Shown here piece after piece: positions 14,115 through 22,165 of a stretch of DNA of 24,211 nt (its first letter is position 1; each line of letters starts with the position of its first letter). The DNA lies in IMG/VR virus record IMGVR_UViG_3300017780_001408, positions 1 to 24,211 of that record; one strand, given 5' to 3'. This DNA is from a virus. Lineage: Duplodnaviria > Caudoviricetes. The position numbers and the translations under genes were made by a program. The notes below the pieces were generated by a model, which made no database searches, was not told the origin of the DNA, and saw only the letters and a list, made by a program, of their open reading frames with translations.

Positions 14115-14453
14115 ATGCACCCATGTCATCACGCATTGACCAGCGTAAAAATCTGGGGCGGCAAGCCCGAGGACTACGCAGACATACACGACTGGTTTGA
14201 CGCTACCAAAGAGCAGTTTGCAGACGCACGGCACCGCGCCCTGAGACACCACAGCCAGGGTATCTTTGAATGTGAGCGTGTGTTCGGTAGGGAAATCACC
14301 AATAGCGATGGCAAACGAGTGCCAGTACGCTACATAGGCGAGCAACATATCAAGGAAGACTGCGGTGGACGCATACCCACCGTGGCTGATTGGTTTCGCA
14401 ACATCAAGATGGAGGTGTGGATGAACCGTGGATACAAAGTGGAGGCAGCATGA
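14115..14453 (+). CDS. DUF6915-like His-rich protein
   Basis: 112 aa; HP.HHA..S...WGG..EDY..IHDWFD.TK...D.RHRALRHH..GIF..E..FG...IGEQHI.EDC. Confidence 0.75.
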   Translation: MHPCHHALTSVKIWGGKPEDYADIHDWFDATKEQFADARHRALRHHSQGIFECERVFGREITNSDGKRVPVRYIGEQHIKEDCGGRIPTVADWFRNIKMEVWMNRGYKVEAA

Positions 14454-14752
14454 CTGAACTACCCAAAATGTGGGAGGCATTGGATACCCACCAACCAATC
14501 GCTGACACCTACAGATACGGCCCAGCTTGGGCACGTATGTGTGCAGAGAAAACAAAAGAGGCTGCGGATGCTGCTTATGTTCGTGCTGTTGCTTCTAATG
14601 CTGCTTACGCTGCGGCTGCTAGTGCTAGTGCTAGTGCTGCGGTTGCTGCTAGTGCTAGTGCTGCTGTTTATGTTGCTCAGGTTATTGATTCCATATCCAA
14701 AGCCAACGATGCCAGTACTTACCTCAAAAACCGCATAAAGAAAAACACATGA
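14450..14752 (+). CDS. Ala-rich low-complexity hypothetical protein
   Basis: 100 aa from ATG 14450 (GGAGG RBS, ATGA overlap); GCTAGT microrepeats encode ASASASA. Confidence 0.7.
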   Translation: MTELPKMWEALDTHQPIADTYRYGPAWARMCAEKTKEAADAAYVRAVASNAAYAAAASASASAAVAASASAAVYVAQVIDSISKANDASTYLKNRIKKNT

Positions 14753-14844
14753 CTAACTTAACAATCCGAGAGCGCATCGAGCGCGCAGTATTCCTGTTGG
14801 CAATCATCGTCATCCTGTTGGATGTATTCCTGTGGAGGCCATGA
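14749..14844 (+). CDS. Small single-TM membrane protein
   Basis: 31 aa MTNLTIRERIERAVFLLAIIVILLDVFLWRP, not in track; ATGA overlaps both ends. Confidence 0.65.
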   Translation: MTNLTIRERIERAVFLLAIIVILLDVFLWRP

Positions 14845-15035
14845 TGAAATTTGTATGGATGGTAGATTTTCTAGGTGAAGATTTGCCTCACACACTGTCG
14901 GTACATACAACGCAAGCCCTAGCGGAAGCGGCAAGGGATGCGTACATCAAAAGCCCTATGCACGGCGGCACTGAGGATGACTACTGGGTGCATGGCATGT
15001 CCCTTAACCGAACTGGATTGGAGGATGAAACATGA
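14841..15035 (+). CDS. Hypothetical protein
   Basis: 64 aa from ATG 14841; GGAGG RBS. Confidence 0.65.
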   Translation: MMKFVWMVDFLGEDLPHTLSVHTTQALAEAARDAYIKSPMHGGTEDDYWVHGMSLNRTGLEDET

Positions 15036-15247
15036 CACAAGACGACCAATGGGAACTGATGAAGATACTCATACCACCGGAGTACTTGGCGGCAGTCATC
15101 AAGCGGGTGGAAGATGGGGTGATAAGCCGAGCCAGCGCCAAAGTTGTCTTGGATGAAGTCTACAACACCAGACTAGCCAGACTTAAAGAGTTACTAGCTC
15201 ACGACGCGAGCCAGTCAACTGACAGATCAAATGGAACACAAGCGTAG
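15032..15247 (+). CDS. Hypothetical protein
   Basis: 71 aa; GGAGG RBS; ATGA overlap. Confidence 0.6.
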   Translation: MTQDDQWELMKILIPPEYLAAVIKRVEDGVISRASAKVVLDEVYNTRLARLKELLAHDASQSTDRSNGTQA

Positions 15248-15269
15248 AACTTGTGCGTACAGCAGACCG

Positions 15270-15285
15270 TTAGGGTAAACCCTAA
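15270..15285. promoter_or_regulatory. Dyad, possible operator upstream of AAA+ ATPase
   Basis: TTAGGG-TAAA-CCCTAA inverted repeat in a 65-nt intergenic gap. Confidence 0.4.
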
Positions 15286-15312
15286 TACAACTTCAACTCA
15301 CTGAAAGACCTT

Positions 15313-16317
15313 ATGAAATACTCAGACCTTTATCGTTCGTGCTTGGCTAACTTCGCCAAGGGTAATGTGCTTGTCCCCTTCATCGAGGGCAAACCCGGCG
15401 GCGGCAAGTCTTCACTGTGCCGTCAAATTGTGCGGGACATGGGCATTGCACCCGAGCGCATCACCGAGTTCAACCCTTCCTTGCGTGACCCCGTGGACAT
15501 CATGGGACTACCTATCACGGACGGCGACTTCTCGCGCTGGTTGCCTCCCCAAGAGTTCTATCGTATTCGTGACGATGGTACTGACCAGCCCTGTGCCTTG
15601 ATCATCGAGGAATTGTCAGATGCACCTGTGCCTATGCAAAACCCCATGTGCCGAGTTATCCTTGACCGGCAGGCAGGCGAACTCAAGCTGCACCCCAAGC
15701 TGTTCATCATTGCGTCAGGTAATGGCACAGAGCACAAGTCTGGTGCTACCCGTATGACTACCAAGTTGTCCGGTCGTATGCAGAACCTGACCTTCGATGA
15801 GAACCTGGACGACTGGTGTGACTGGGCATTCGATGCTGGCATCGACCTCAAGATGATTCAGTTCCTGCGCTTCCGTCCTGCTCTGTTGTCCGACTTCGAT
15901 GCCAATCGCAAGATCAACCCATCGCCCCGCACTTGGTCAATGGCTAACGAGGTGGACGAGACCCTGCCCTCTGACCTGTACTACAGCAACATCGCTGGCT
16001 GTGTGGGTGAGGGTGCGGCGGCTGAGTACACTGGCTTCAAGCGTATCTTCGAGTCCTTGCCCAACATTGACGCCCTGTTGATGAACCCAAGCAAGTCCGA
16101 GGTGCCTGAAGACCCAGCGGTTCGGTTCGCCTTGACTGGTGCAATCGCAGAGCGTTCTAACAAGAGCAACTTCGACCGAGTCATGGAGTACATCAACCGT
16201 ATGCCCAGCGACTTCCAAGTCATGTTTGTAATGGATGCTACCCGCAAAGACCCGAGTGTGCGCAACACCAAAGCGTATGTTCAGTGGACAGTCCAGCATG
16301 GCAACACCTACCTCTGA
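15313..16317 (+). CDS. AAA+ ATPase, MoxR/CbbQ/dynein-related clade
   Basis: Walker A GKPGGGKS, variant Walker B LIIEEL, sensor-1 IIASGN, Arg finger LSGR, sensor-2 PSPRTW. Confidence 0.85.
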   Translation: MKYSDLYRSCLANFAKGNVLVPFIEGKPGGGKSSLCRQIVRDMGIAPERITEFNPSLRDPVDIMGLPITDGDFSRWLPPQEFYRIRDDGTDQPCALIIEELSDAPVPMQNPMCRVILDRQAGELKLHPKLFIIASGNGTEHKSGATRMTTKLSGRMQNLTFDENLDDWCDWAFDAGIDLKMIQFLRFRPALLSDFDANRKINPSPRTWSMANEVDETLPSDLYYSNIAGCVGEGAAAEYTGFKRIFESLPNIDALLMNPSKSEVPEDPAVRFALTGAIAERSNKSNFDRVMEYINRMPSDFQVMFVMDATRKDPSVRNTKAYVQWTVQHGNTYL

Positions 16318-16570
16318 CCTTCAGTGGTTTTCAGCAGAAAGGGCTGGAGCCGAAAAGTTATATCTGGTAAGGTCAGATACACCATTCAACCAGATACTGG
16401 CACAGGTAAGTCAGTTTGAGTCTAGCTACAGAGTGGCATTCCACAATGTAAGCAACAAAGCCCCCCTTACCTATATGCCAGTTGTATTCGATACTTTGGA
16501 CGATGCCAAAGCGTACGCCCGTGTCACTTGTTTATTAACTTTGAAAGTAACTTTGAAAGGTAACTCATGA
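16298..16570 (+). CDS. Hypothetical protein
   Basis: About 90 aa from ATG 16298, fills the gap between ATPase and next gene; F.TLDDAKAY motif; ATGA overlap at the end. Confidence 0.55.
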   Translation: MATPTSDLQWFSAERAGAEKLYLVRSDTPFNQILAQVSQFESSYRVAFHNVSNKAPLTYMPVVFDTLDDAKAYARVTCLLTLKVTLKGNS

Positions 16571-17445
16571 ATCAACTTAAAGTCACCCCCCTAGCCGCCA
16601 AGGCTATGCTTGTCAAACTCACGGTGCGCCGTGCCAACCTGACCCGTAGGGATACATCTGCGGAGTCGTACATCCAGTCCCAGCTGGACGATACATCGTT
16701 GGTGGTCAACTCCAAGTTGTTCCGAGACAAGACCAACCCCATCAACCAGATCATGTCTGCGGCAAGCGAGGTGTACACCACACACAAGAACCGCACACTT
16801 GCCTATGTTGACAAGGGGCCGCGCCTGTTGCCCAACACCGAGTACTTCGACTACTCAACTGAGATGCGCCAGCGCATACAGCAGGTGGACAACATGATGG
16901 CGTTGCACATGCCCAACTACGACAAGTATGTACAGCTTGACATTGCATACCGTAGCTTGCGTCCCAACGGGCGGGCCAGTGTGTCTGACTACCCAACGAT
17001 GGAGGAGTTCCAAGACCGTATGGGGTTTGATCTCAAGTTCTCCCCGCTGCCGGAGGCGAGCCACTTCCTGTTCGACATCAACGAGGATGACAAGGCGGCG
17101 TTTGTCCAGATGATGGAGCAGGTGGAGGTCGGCGCTCGCAACGAGGTGATCAAGACTATGTTGGAACCACTGAGCCACTTGATCGAGAAGCTGAACAAGC
17201 CCATCGGTACTGAGGGTGCGATCTTCCGAGACAGTGCTATCGAGAACATCGTGTCCAACCTTGACCGCGCCAAGAAGCTGAATGTGTCTGATGACCCCGA
17301 GATTTCCGACATGATCGGCAAGCTGGCACAGGCAGTCAGTGTGTATCAGGGCACCAATGTCCTGCGTGAGTCGCCTATCGTCCGAGACCAAGCCGCCAAG
17401 AAGCTGGACGAGATCGCACGGCAGATGGGGGCGTTGTTCCGATGA
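16567..17445 (+). CDS. DUF3150-like coiled-coil protein
   Basis: 292 aa; AMLV.L, SK.LF, GPRLLP, DYP..EE....F...F.PLP, IFRDS.IEN, LNV.DDP; context between MoxR ATPase and vWA gene. Confidence 0.55.
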   Translation: MNQLKVTPLAAKAMLVKLTVRRANLTRRDTSAESYIQSQLDDTSLVVNSKLFRDKTNPINQIMSAASEVYTTHKNRTLAYVDKGPRLLPNTEYFDYSTEMRQRIQQVDNMMALHMPNYDKYVQLDIAYRSLRPNGRASVSDYPTMEEFQDRMGFDLKFSPLPEASHFLFDINEDDKAAFVQMMEQVEVGARNEVIKTMLEPLSHLIEKLNKPIGTEGAIFRDSAIENIVSNLDRAKKLNVSDDPEISDMIGKLAQAVSVYQGTNVLRESPIVRDQAAKKLDEIARQMGALFR

Positions 17446-17663
17446 TTACCCTGACTGAGTTGGAGGTTGTGTTGGGCATTGGTATTGGTGTGCTTCTGTA
17501 TGTGATTCACATTCACCGCAGGATGATTGAGGCGCAGAGGGAGGCAATGCGTATGCTGATGCACACACTGAGTGGAGTGGCTGATAAGAAGATCACCCTT
17601 GTGCGAGACCGAGAGGGTGACATCCATGTTCGTAACCAGGAGAAACTAAATGGCAATTCATAA
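17442..17663 (+). CDS. Small membrane-anchored protein
   Basis: 73 aa with N-terminal hydrophobic segment VVLGIGIGVLLYVI; ATGA overlap. Confidence 0.65.
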   Translation: MITLTELEVVLGIGIGVLLYVIHIHRRMIEAQREAMRMLMHTLSGVADKKITLVRDREGDIHVRNQEKLNGNS

Positions 17664-18783
17664 GGCATCAAATATGGAGAAGGCAAGGGCGCAGATCGTG
17701 CTCTACCATCCGTTCGTGGCGTCAATACTGTTGCGCCGTCCGTTCATCGAGACCCGAGACATCCCGACATTGGCAGTCGATGGTAAGGCGCGTATCTACT
17801 TCAACCCTGACTTTGTTGCCAAGCTGACTGTTCCGCAGTTGATATGGGGCTTGTGTCATGAGGTATTCCATGTGGTCGGTCAGCACTCTGTTCGTGTGGG
17901 TAATCGCAACCGCAAGAAGTGGAACTATGCAGGTGACGCATGGATTAACGACACACTCGATGAAGCCAAGATGGGTGAGCGTATCCCCAAGTGTGTAGAT
18001 ATGCCAGGGTCTAAGGACGACACAGTCGAGAACATCTACGCTAACTTGCCAGACAATGGCAGTGGTGATGATGACGGTGATGAGGACGGGTTGGGTGACG
18101 ACATCCACTACACCGATGGTGTCGGGGACTCAGGCAAGCCCATGACCCCTGATGAAGTGCGTGAGATCGAGGGCACGATCAAGGTAGAGATTGCCGAGGC
18201 AGCACAAGCAGCGAAGATGCAGGGCAAGCTGTCAGGTAGGTTGGCAGATATGGTGGCAGACATCTTGGATGTGAAGACCCCGTGGTTTGAGATTCTGGAG
18301 AAGCACATGGTCAGCCGTGTCAATCAGGGTCAGACATGGCGGCGTAAGAACCGCAGGTTCGAGGTCTATCTGCCCAGCGTAGACAAGCTGCCACAGATGG
18401 GAGAACTTGTTATTCAGGTTGACGTATCAGGTTCTATTAGCAAAACAGAATTAGCAGCGTATAATGGTCACCTGTCCAGAATCATTGAGCAGTGCCGCCC
18501 AAGCAAGGTTCATGTGTTGTACACCGACACGCAGGTTCAGAAGCACGTTGAGTTTGACTGCGGTGAGGAAGTCCACCTTGAGTTCTATTCTGGCGGCGGC
18601 ACGGATATGCCAGCAGGGTTTGACTACTGTGCCGAGCAGGGTATCGAGCCTGATGTATTCGTGTGCTTGACCGATGGCTACACAGGCTTTGGGGAAGACC
18701 CCGGCTATCCCGTTGTCTGGTGTATTAGCAGCGATGTAGAAGCCCCTTGGGGGGAAAACATCCACTTTGAATTGGAGCAGTAA
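17650..18783 (+). CDS. Putative metallopeptidase + vWA domain protein (DUF2201-like)
   Basis: HEVFH zincin motif, WNYAGDAWIN, acidic linker, MIDAS DVSGS...GGGTD...LTDG. Confidence 0.85.
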   Translation: MAIHKASNMEKARAQIVLYHPFVASILLRRPFIETRDIPTLAVDGKARIYFNPDFVAKLTVPQLIWGLCHEVFHVVGQHSVRVGNRNRKKWNYAGDAWINDTLDEAKMGERIPKCVDMPGSKDDTVENIYANLPDNGSGDDDGDEDGLGDDIHYTDGVGDSGKPMTPDEVREIEGTIKVEIAEAAQAAKMQGKLSGRLADMVADILDVKTPWFEILEKHMVSRVNQGQTWRRKNRRFEVYLPSVDKLPQMGELVIQVDVSGSISKTELAAYNGHLSRIIEQCRPSKVHVLYTDTQVQKHVEFDCGEEVHLEFYSGGGTDMPAGFDYCAEQGIEPDVFVCLTDGYTGFGEDPGYPVVWCISSDVEAPWGENIHFELEQ

Positions 18784-18787
18784 GCAT

Positions 18788-19273
18788 ATGTTCGACCGTA
18801 AAGCATGGGCCAAAGCGTACTACGCTAAAAACAAAGAACACCTACGGGATAAGCAACGCGAGTGGGAAGCTGCCAATCAGGACAGCATAGCGGAGCGCAA
18901 GCGAGTGCAACGGTCGGGCAATGAGGCAACTGCCGAAATGAAGAAGGCTTGGCAACAAGCCAACTCAGCCAAGGTAGCCGAGTACAACAAGAAGTGGAAG
19001 CAAGCCAACCGAGATAGACACAACGCCCTTGGCGCAAAACGACATGCGGCAAAGATGAACCGCACTCCACCTTGGCTAACCAAAAAACACTTCACTGAAA
19101 TTAAGGAGTTCTATATTATGGCAAAACTAATGACAGAAAAGACAGGCGTAGCACATGAGGTTGACCACATCGTGCCACTACAAGGCGAGACAGTAAGCGG
19201 GCTTCATGTGCCGTGGAATCTGCAAGTAATCAAGCGTAGTGCCAATCGTGCAAAACGCAACCACCTATCATGA
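18788..19273 (+). CDS. HNH endonuclease (free-standing, homing-type)
   Basis: Basic helical N-terminus, RTPPWL, C-terminal HEVDHIVPL...GLHVPWNLQVI...NRAKRN. Confidence 0.85.
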   Translation: MFDRKAWAKAYYAKNKEHLRDKQREWEAANQDSIAERKRVQRSGNEATAEMKKAWQQANSAKVAEYNKKWKQANRDRHNALGAKRHAAKMNRTPPWLTKKHFTEIKEFYIMAKLMTEKTGVAHEVDHIVPLQGETVSGLHVPWNLQVIKRSANRAKRNHLS

Positions 19274-19315
19274 CATGGCAGACTAACCAACAACTTACTC
19301 ACTGAAAGGAACGAC

Positions 19316-20146
19316 ATGAGACTCAAGAAAGCCCTAACCTATGCCGACTATGTGGCCCTGTTCGCACGGCGAAAGAAAGGCAGCGATGTAAAGTCGATCT
19401 TCCGCGACTGCCAGATACGACTAGAGAACGACATCTTCACGGTAGTACAGACAAGACGGTGGTGGGAAGACCAAAGCGTAGTGCCACAGGTAATGTGGAC
19501 GATTGACCCGTTCAACATCGTGACGCTGTACGCTGAAGCCAGCACCATCACGGTACGCAATCGACTTACCCGCGCCATTGGAAGGTGGGTGTTCTCTGAC
19601 CTGAGCAGGCACAAGACCAAAGAGTCGGCGGTGCGTATCTACAAAACCAAAGCACATAGGGACGGCACTATCCCCTACCACATGGGGTTACAAGTCCAGC
19701 TGGCCCCTAATAGTGAGATTAAGTCGTTCATCAACCCACGCAAAGATGTCAAGATACTGGTCAAGAAAGACGCAATTAAGACAGTGTCCACATCTACGGC
19801 TAGGTTACGCAAGTTGACGATCACGATGGCAAAGATGGGGGTGTTTGATGAAGCAGTATCAATGCGACTTGGCGGCACATATTATTTCAGGTCGAAAGAC
19901 ATAAAACACATAAGCGACATCAACTACCAAGACCCCTTGGGAGAAGACGCTGAAGCTGTGTTCTACCGTGGTATGGATAGTGCAATCGTCCCCTCACAAA
20001 CTGGGTTTGTAGACGGGTCTTGGTCAAGGATTCCGCTTGAAGAGCGGCGGCAAACATACCACCGAAACATCATCGAGAGCGGCATGAAGGCGTTGCGCAA
20101 ACACATCTACGAACAAACCAATTCATATGAAAGGGTGGAAGTATGA
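19316..20146 (+). CDS. Hypothetical protein
   Basis: 276 aa; AAAGGA RBS; no motif recognised. Confidence 0.75.
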   Translation: MRLKKALTYADYVALFARRKKGSDVKSIFRDCQIRLENDIFTVVQTRRWWEDQSVVPQVMWTIDPFNIVTLYAEASTITVRNRLTRAIGRWVFSDLSRHKTKESAVRIYKTKAHRDGTIPYHMGLQVQLAPNSEIKSFINPRKDVKILVKKDAIKTVSTSTARLRKLTITMAKMGVFDEAVSMRLGGTYYFRSKDIKHISDINYQDPLGEDAEAVFYRGMDSAIVPSQTGFVDGSWSRIPLEERRQTYHRNIIESGMKALRKHIYEQTNSYERVEV

Positions 20147-20715
20147 GCGAGTTGTATTACCCCAAAGACCTGATTGACAAGTACCGCGATGTACTTGTGG
20201 GTCATGACGACTGGTATGAAAGTGTGTACGAACATTTCAAAGAGATGATGTCTGCCATAGGAATACGAGTTGCCAATATCTACTTTACTGGGTTCTGGAG
20301 CCAAGGTGACGGTGCTTGCTTTGAAGGGAGGGTTGAGGATTGGGGTAAATACCTATTGCATCTTGGTTATGACAATCTAATATTGCACCAAGCAGCAGAA
20401 GACAGTTGGTCTTTTTCGTGGGCGCATAGGGGGCGCTACTACCATGAGCAATGCGTGACCTACGACGATGAGCTATGGAGACCTGCCAACCCATTTGATG
20501 AAGAGAAAGCACCCTTGCAGTACGACACCTGGGCCAATACCCTGGGAGTATTTGATTTACTACAACTGGCTGAAGAAATGAAGGAGAACTTACGTGGACA
20601 CATGAGAAGCCTGTACCGAACTCTTGAAGAAGAGTATGACCATCTGACCAGCGATGAAACTGTGTCAGCTTGGATGCAAGACAACTACATTGAACTAACT
20701 GAATTGGAGATTTAA
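20143..20715 (+). CDS. Acidic hypothetical protein (IYFTGFWSQGDGACFEG family)
   Basis: 190 aa; motif of an MGE family loosely annotated as antitoxin-like; C-terminal LYRTLEEEYDHLTSDE. Confidence 0.65.
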   Translation: MSELYYPKDLIDKYRDVLVGHDDWYESVYEHFKEMMSAIGIRVANIYFTGFWSQGDGACFEGRVEDWGKYLLHLGYDNLILHQAAEDSWSFSWAHRGRYYHEQCVTYDDELWRPANPFDEEKAPLQYDTWANTLGVFDLLQLAEEMKENLRGHMRSLYRTLEEEYDHLTSDETVSAWMQDNYIELTELEI

Positions 20716-20717
20716 AC

Positions 20718-21371
20718 ATGGCATACGTATCAATTTCACAAGACCTGCGTCAAGCAGTGCGTTCCAACATCGTTGCAATGAAAAATATGGAGCGAGAAGG
20801 TATCAAGAAGCCTTCCTGTATTTGTGATCAGACGATGTCTGGCACAGACCCAGCGATGGAACAACTGGTGTGGGGGGAACACTACCACCTCAAAGCGATG
20901 ATGCCTAAAGCATGGATGCGTGAGACCGAGTCCATTAACTTGCGCACCAAGATCATGTTTGAGAACGGGTCAGCCATGATGGCCAGCGTCCGAGTTAACT
21001 TCAACCCTAACATGATAACGCCCCCCAATTCAGATCGTTATGGGCACGATATTAATCTGCCAGATGATCACCCTCTCGTGCCTGAGTTGGTGGCGTATCA
21101 CACCGAGATGCGCAGTATTGACGAACGCTGGTCTGCTGTAGGTACACAAATCATGGACTTCTTGGGCGCTTGTAAGTCACTCAACGAAGCCCTCAAGCTG
21201 TGGCCTGATGTCCGCATCTACATCCCCAAACAGTTCCTTGAGCGTGTTGAGCGTAAGGTTGAACGCGCTGTCAACACAGGCGGTGCTGAAGCCATCAAGA
21301 AGGTAGACACAGATGCCGCCGTGTCCGCCGCCGCCATTGCCCGAATGATGGGCGCTATTGGGAGCCGCTGA
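20718..21371 (+). CDS. Nmad5-like (nucleotide-modification-associated) protein
   Basis: 217 aa; C-terminal CKSLNEALKLWPDVRIYIP resembles Nmad5 motif; GGAG RBS. Confidence 0.5.
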   Translation: MAYVSISQDLRQAVRSNIVAMKNMEREGIKKPSCICDQTMSGTDPAMEQLVWGEHYHLKAMMPKAWMRETESINLRTKIMFENGSAMMASVRVNFNPNMITPPNSDRYGHDINLPDDHPLVPELVAYHTEMRSIDERWSAVGTQIMDFLGACKSLNEALKLWPDVRIYIPKQFLERVERKVERAVNTGGAEAIKKVDTDAAVSAAAIARMMGAIGSR

Positions 21372-21541
21372 TGACTGAGTACCAACTCAAACGCCGCGCT
21401 GTTAAAAACTTTAAAGACTACTGGGTAGAAAAACATGTCAAACGAGAATACCAGAGGCAGTGGTTACGTTCCGTATCCCTCCTTGGAGCGAAGTGGCGGC
21501 TCGCCGTCCCGACCCCTCGACTTACGGCTCCGAGAGATTGA
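21371..21541 (+). CDS. Small basic hypothetical protein
   Basis: 56 aa MTEYQLKRRAVKNFKDYWVEKHVKREYQRQWLRSVSLLGAKWRLAVPTPRLTAPRD, not in track; GGGAG RBS, TGATG coupling. Confidence 0.6.
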   Translation: MTEYQLKRRAVKNFKDYWVEKHVKREYQRQWLRSVSLLGAKWRLAVPTPRLTAPRD

Positions 21542-21626
21542 GGGTCGCATGGCAAGGATTGAATCACGACTTGTGCAGTTGATGCTGCACTTTGGACTTG
21601 ACCCGCAAAGGAAACACTATGAATGA
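21435..21626 (+). CDS. Hypothetical protein with C-terminal coiled coil
   Basis: 63 aa; RMARIESRLVQLMLHFGLDP; start uncertain; overlaps previous ORF. Confidence 0.5.
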   Translation: MSNENTRGSGYVPYPSLERSGGSPSRPLDLRLREIEGRMARIESRLVQLMLHFGLDPQRKHYE

Positions 21627-21864
21627 ACAACCAAGCCTAAGACAAGTGGGTGGCGACCACTACAAGAAACTCAAGGTTCAACCCTGGGATGTGGTGGACA
21701 CATGGCCTATCGAGCAACAAATTGGCTACTACCGTGGCGGTGCTTTGAAGTACATCATGCGCATGGGCCACAAGGATATATCTATCCAAGAGATCGGCAA
21801 AGGTATCCACTACCTTGAGAAGCTGACCGAGTGTTTGCACAGACAACAAGAGGAGAGCACATGA
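21619..21864 (+). CDS. DUF3310 / SaV-like protein
   Basis: QVGGDHYK...QPWD...G.ALKYI.R.G.K....EI.K..HYLEKL; AAGGA RBS. Confidence 0.8.
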   Translation: MNEQPSLRQVGGDHYKKLKVQPWDVVDTWPIEQQIGYYRGGALKYIMRMGHKDISIQEIGKGIHYLEKLTECLHRQQEEST

Positions 21865-22163
21865 GTAACAACACCACTGGTCACAACGCCGCTGCCACTG
21901 GCAGAATCATGATTGGGGGCGCAACCACTACCAACATGGGGATTAGCGGCAGCAGCGGGGCTATAGATTCGTCATCGTACTGGGGTTCCGCCAAGATAGT
22001 AAACAGCATGGTTTGCTTTGAAGTCCAGGAAGCAGATAACGGTTACATCTTGCGATACGGGCACAAAGAAGGGTCACTTATGAGATACAAAGTAGCCAAA
22101 GATGTAGAAGAAGTGCGCGACTTAATCACATCAATTCTTGTTGAACGCAAACTGGGGATTTAA
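21861..22163 (+). CDS. Hypothetical protein
   Basis: 100 aa from ATG 21861; AGGAG RBS; V.EADNGYIL motif. Confidence 0.7.
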   Translation: MSNNTTGHNAAATGRIMIGGATTTNMGISGSSGAIDSSSYWGSAKIVNSMVCFEVQEADNGYILRYGHKEGSLMRYKVAKDVEEVRDLITSILVERKLGI

Positions 22164-22165
22164 AA

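Noticed and set aside
15261-15272. AGCAGACCGTTA matches the scaffold-leader motif left arm
   Set aside because: The CGGAG right arm is absent; a single 12-mer match may be chance
19270-19305. 11-codon mini-ORF MTWQTNQQLTH after HNH
   Set aside because: Too short to support; coincides with the AC-rich leader of the next gene
20143-20715. Toxin-antitoxin system
   Set aside because: The antitoxin label for this family is a loose annotation and no toxin fold is recognisable in neighbours
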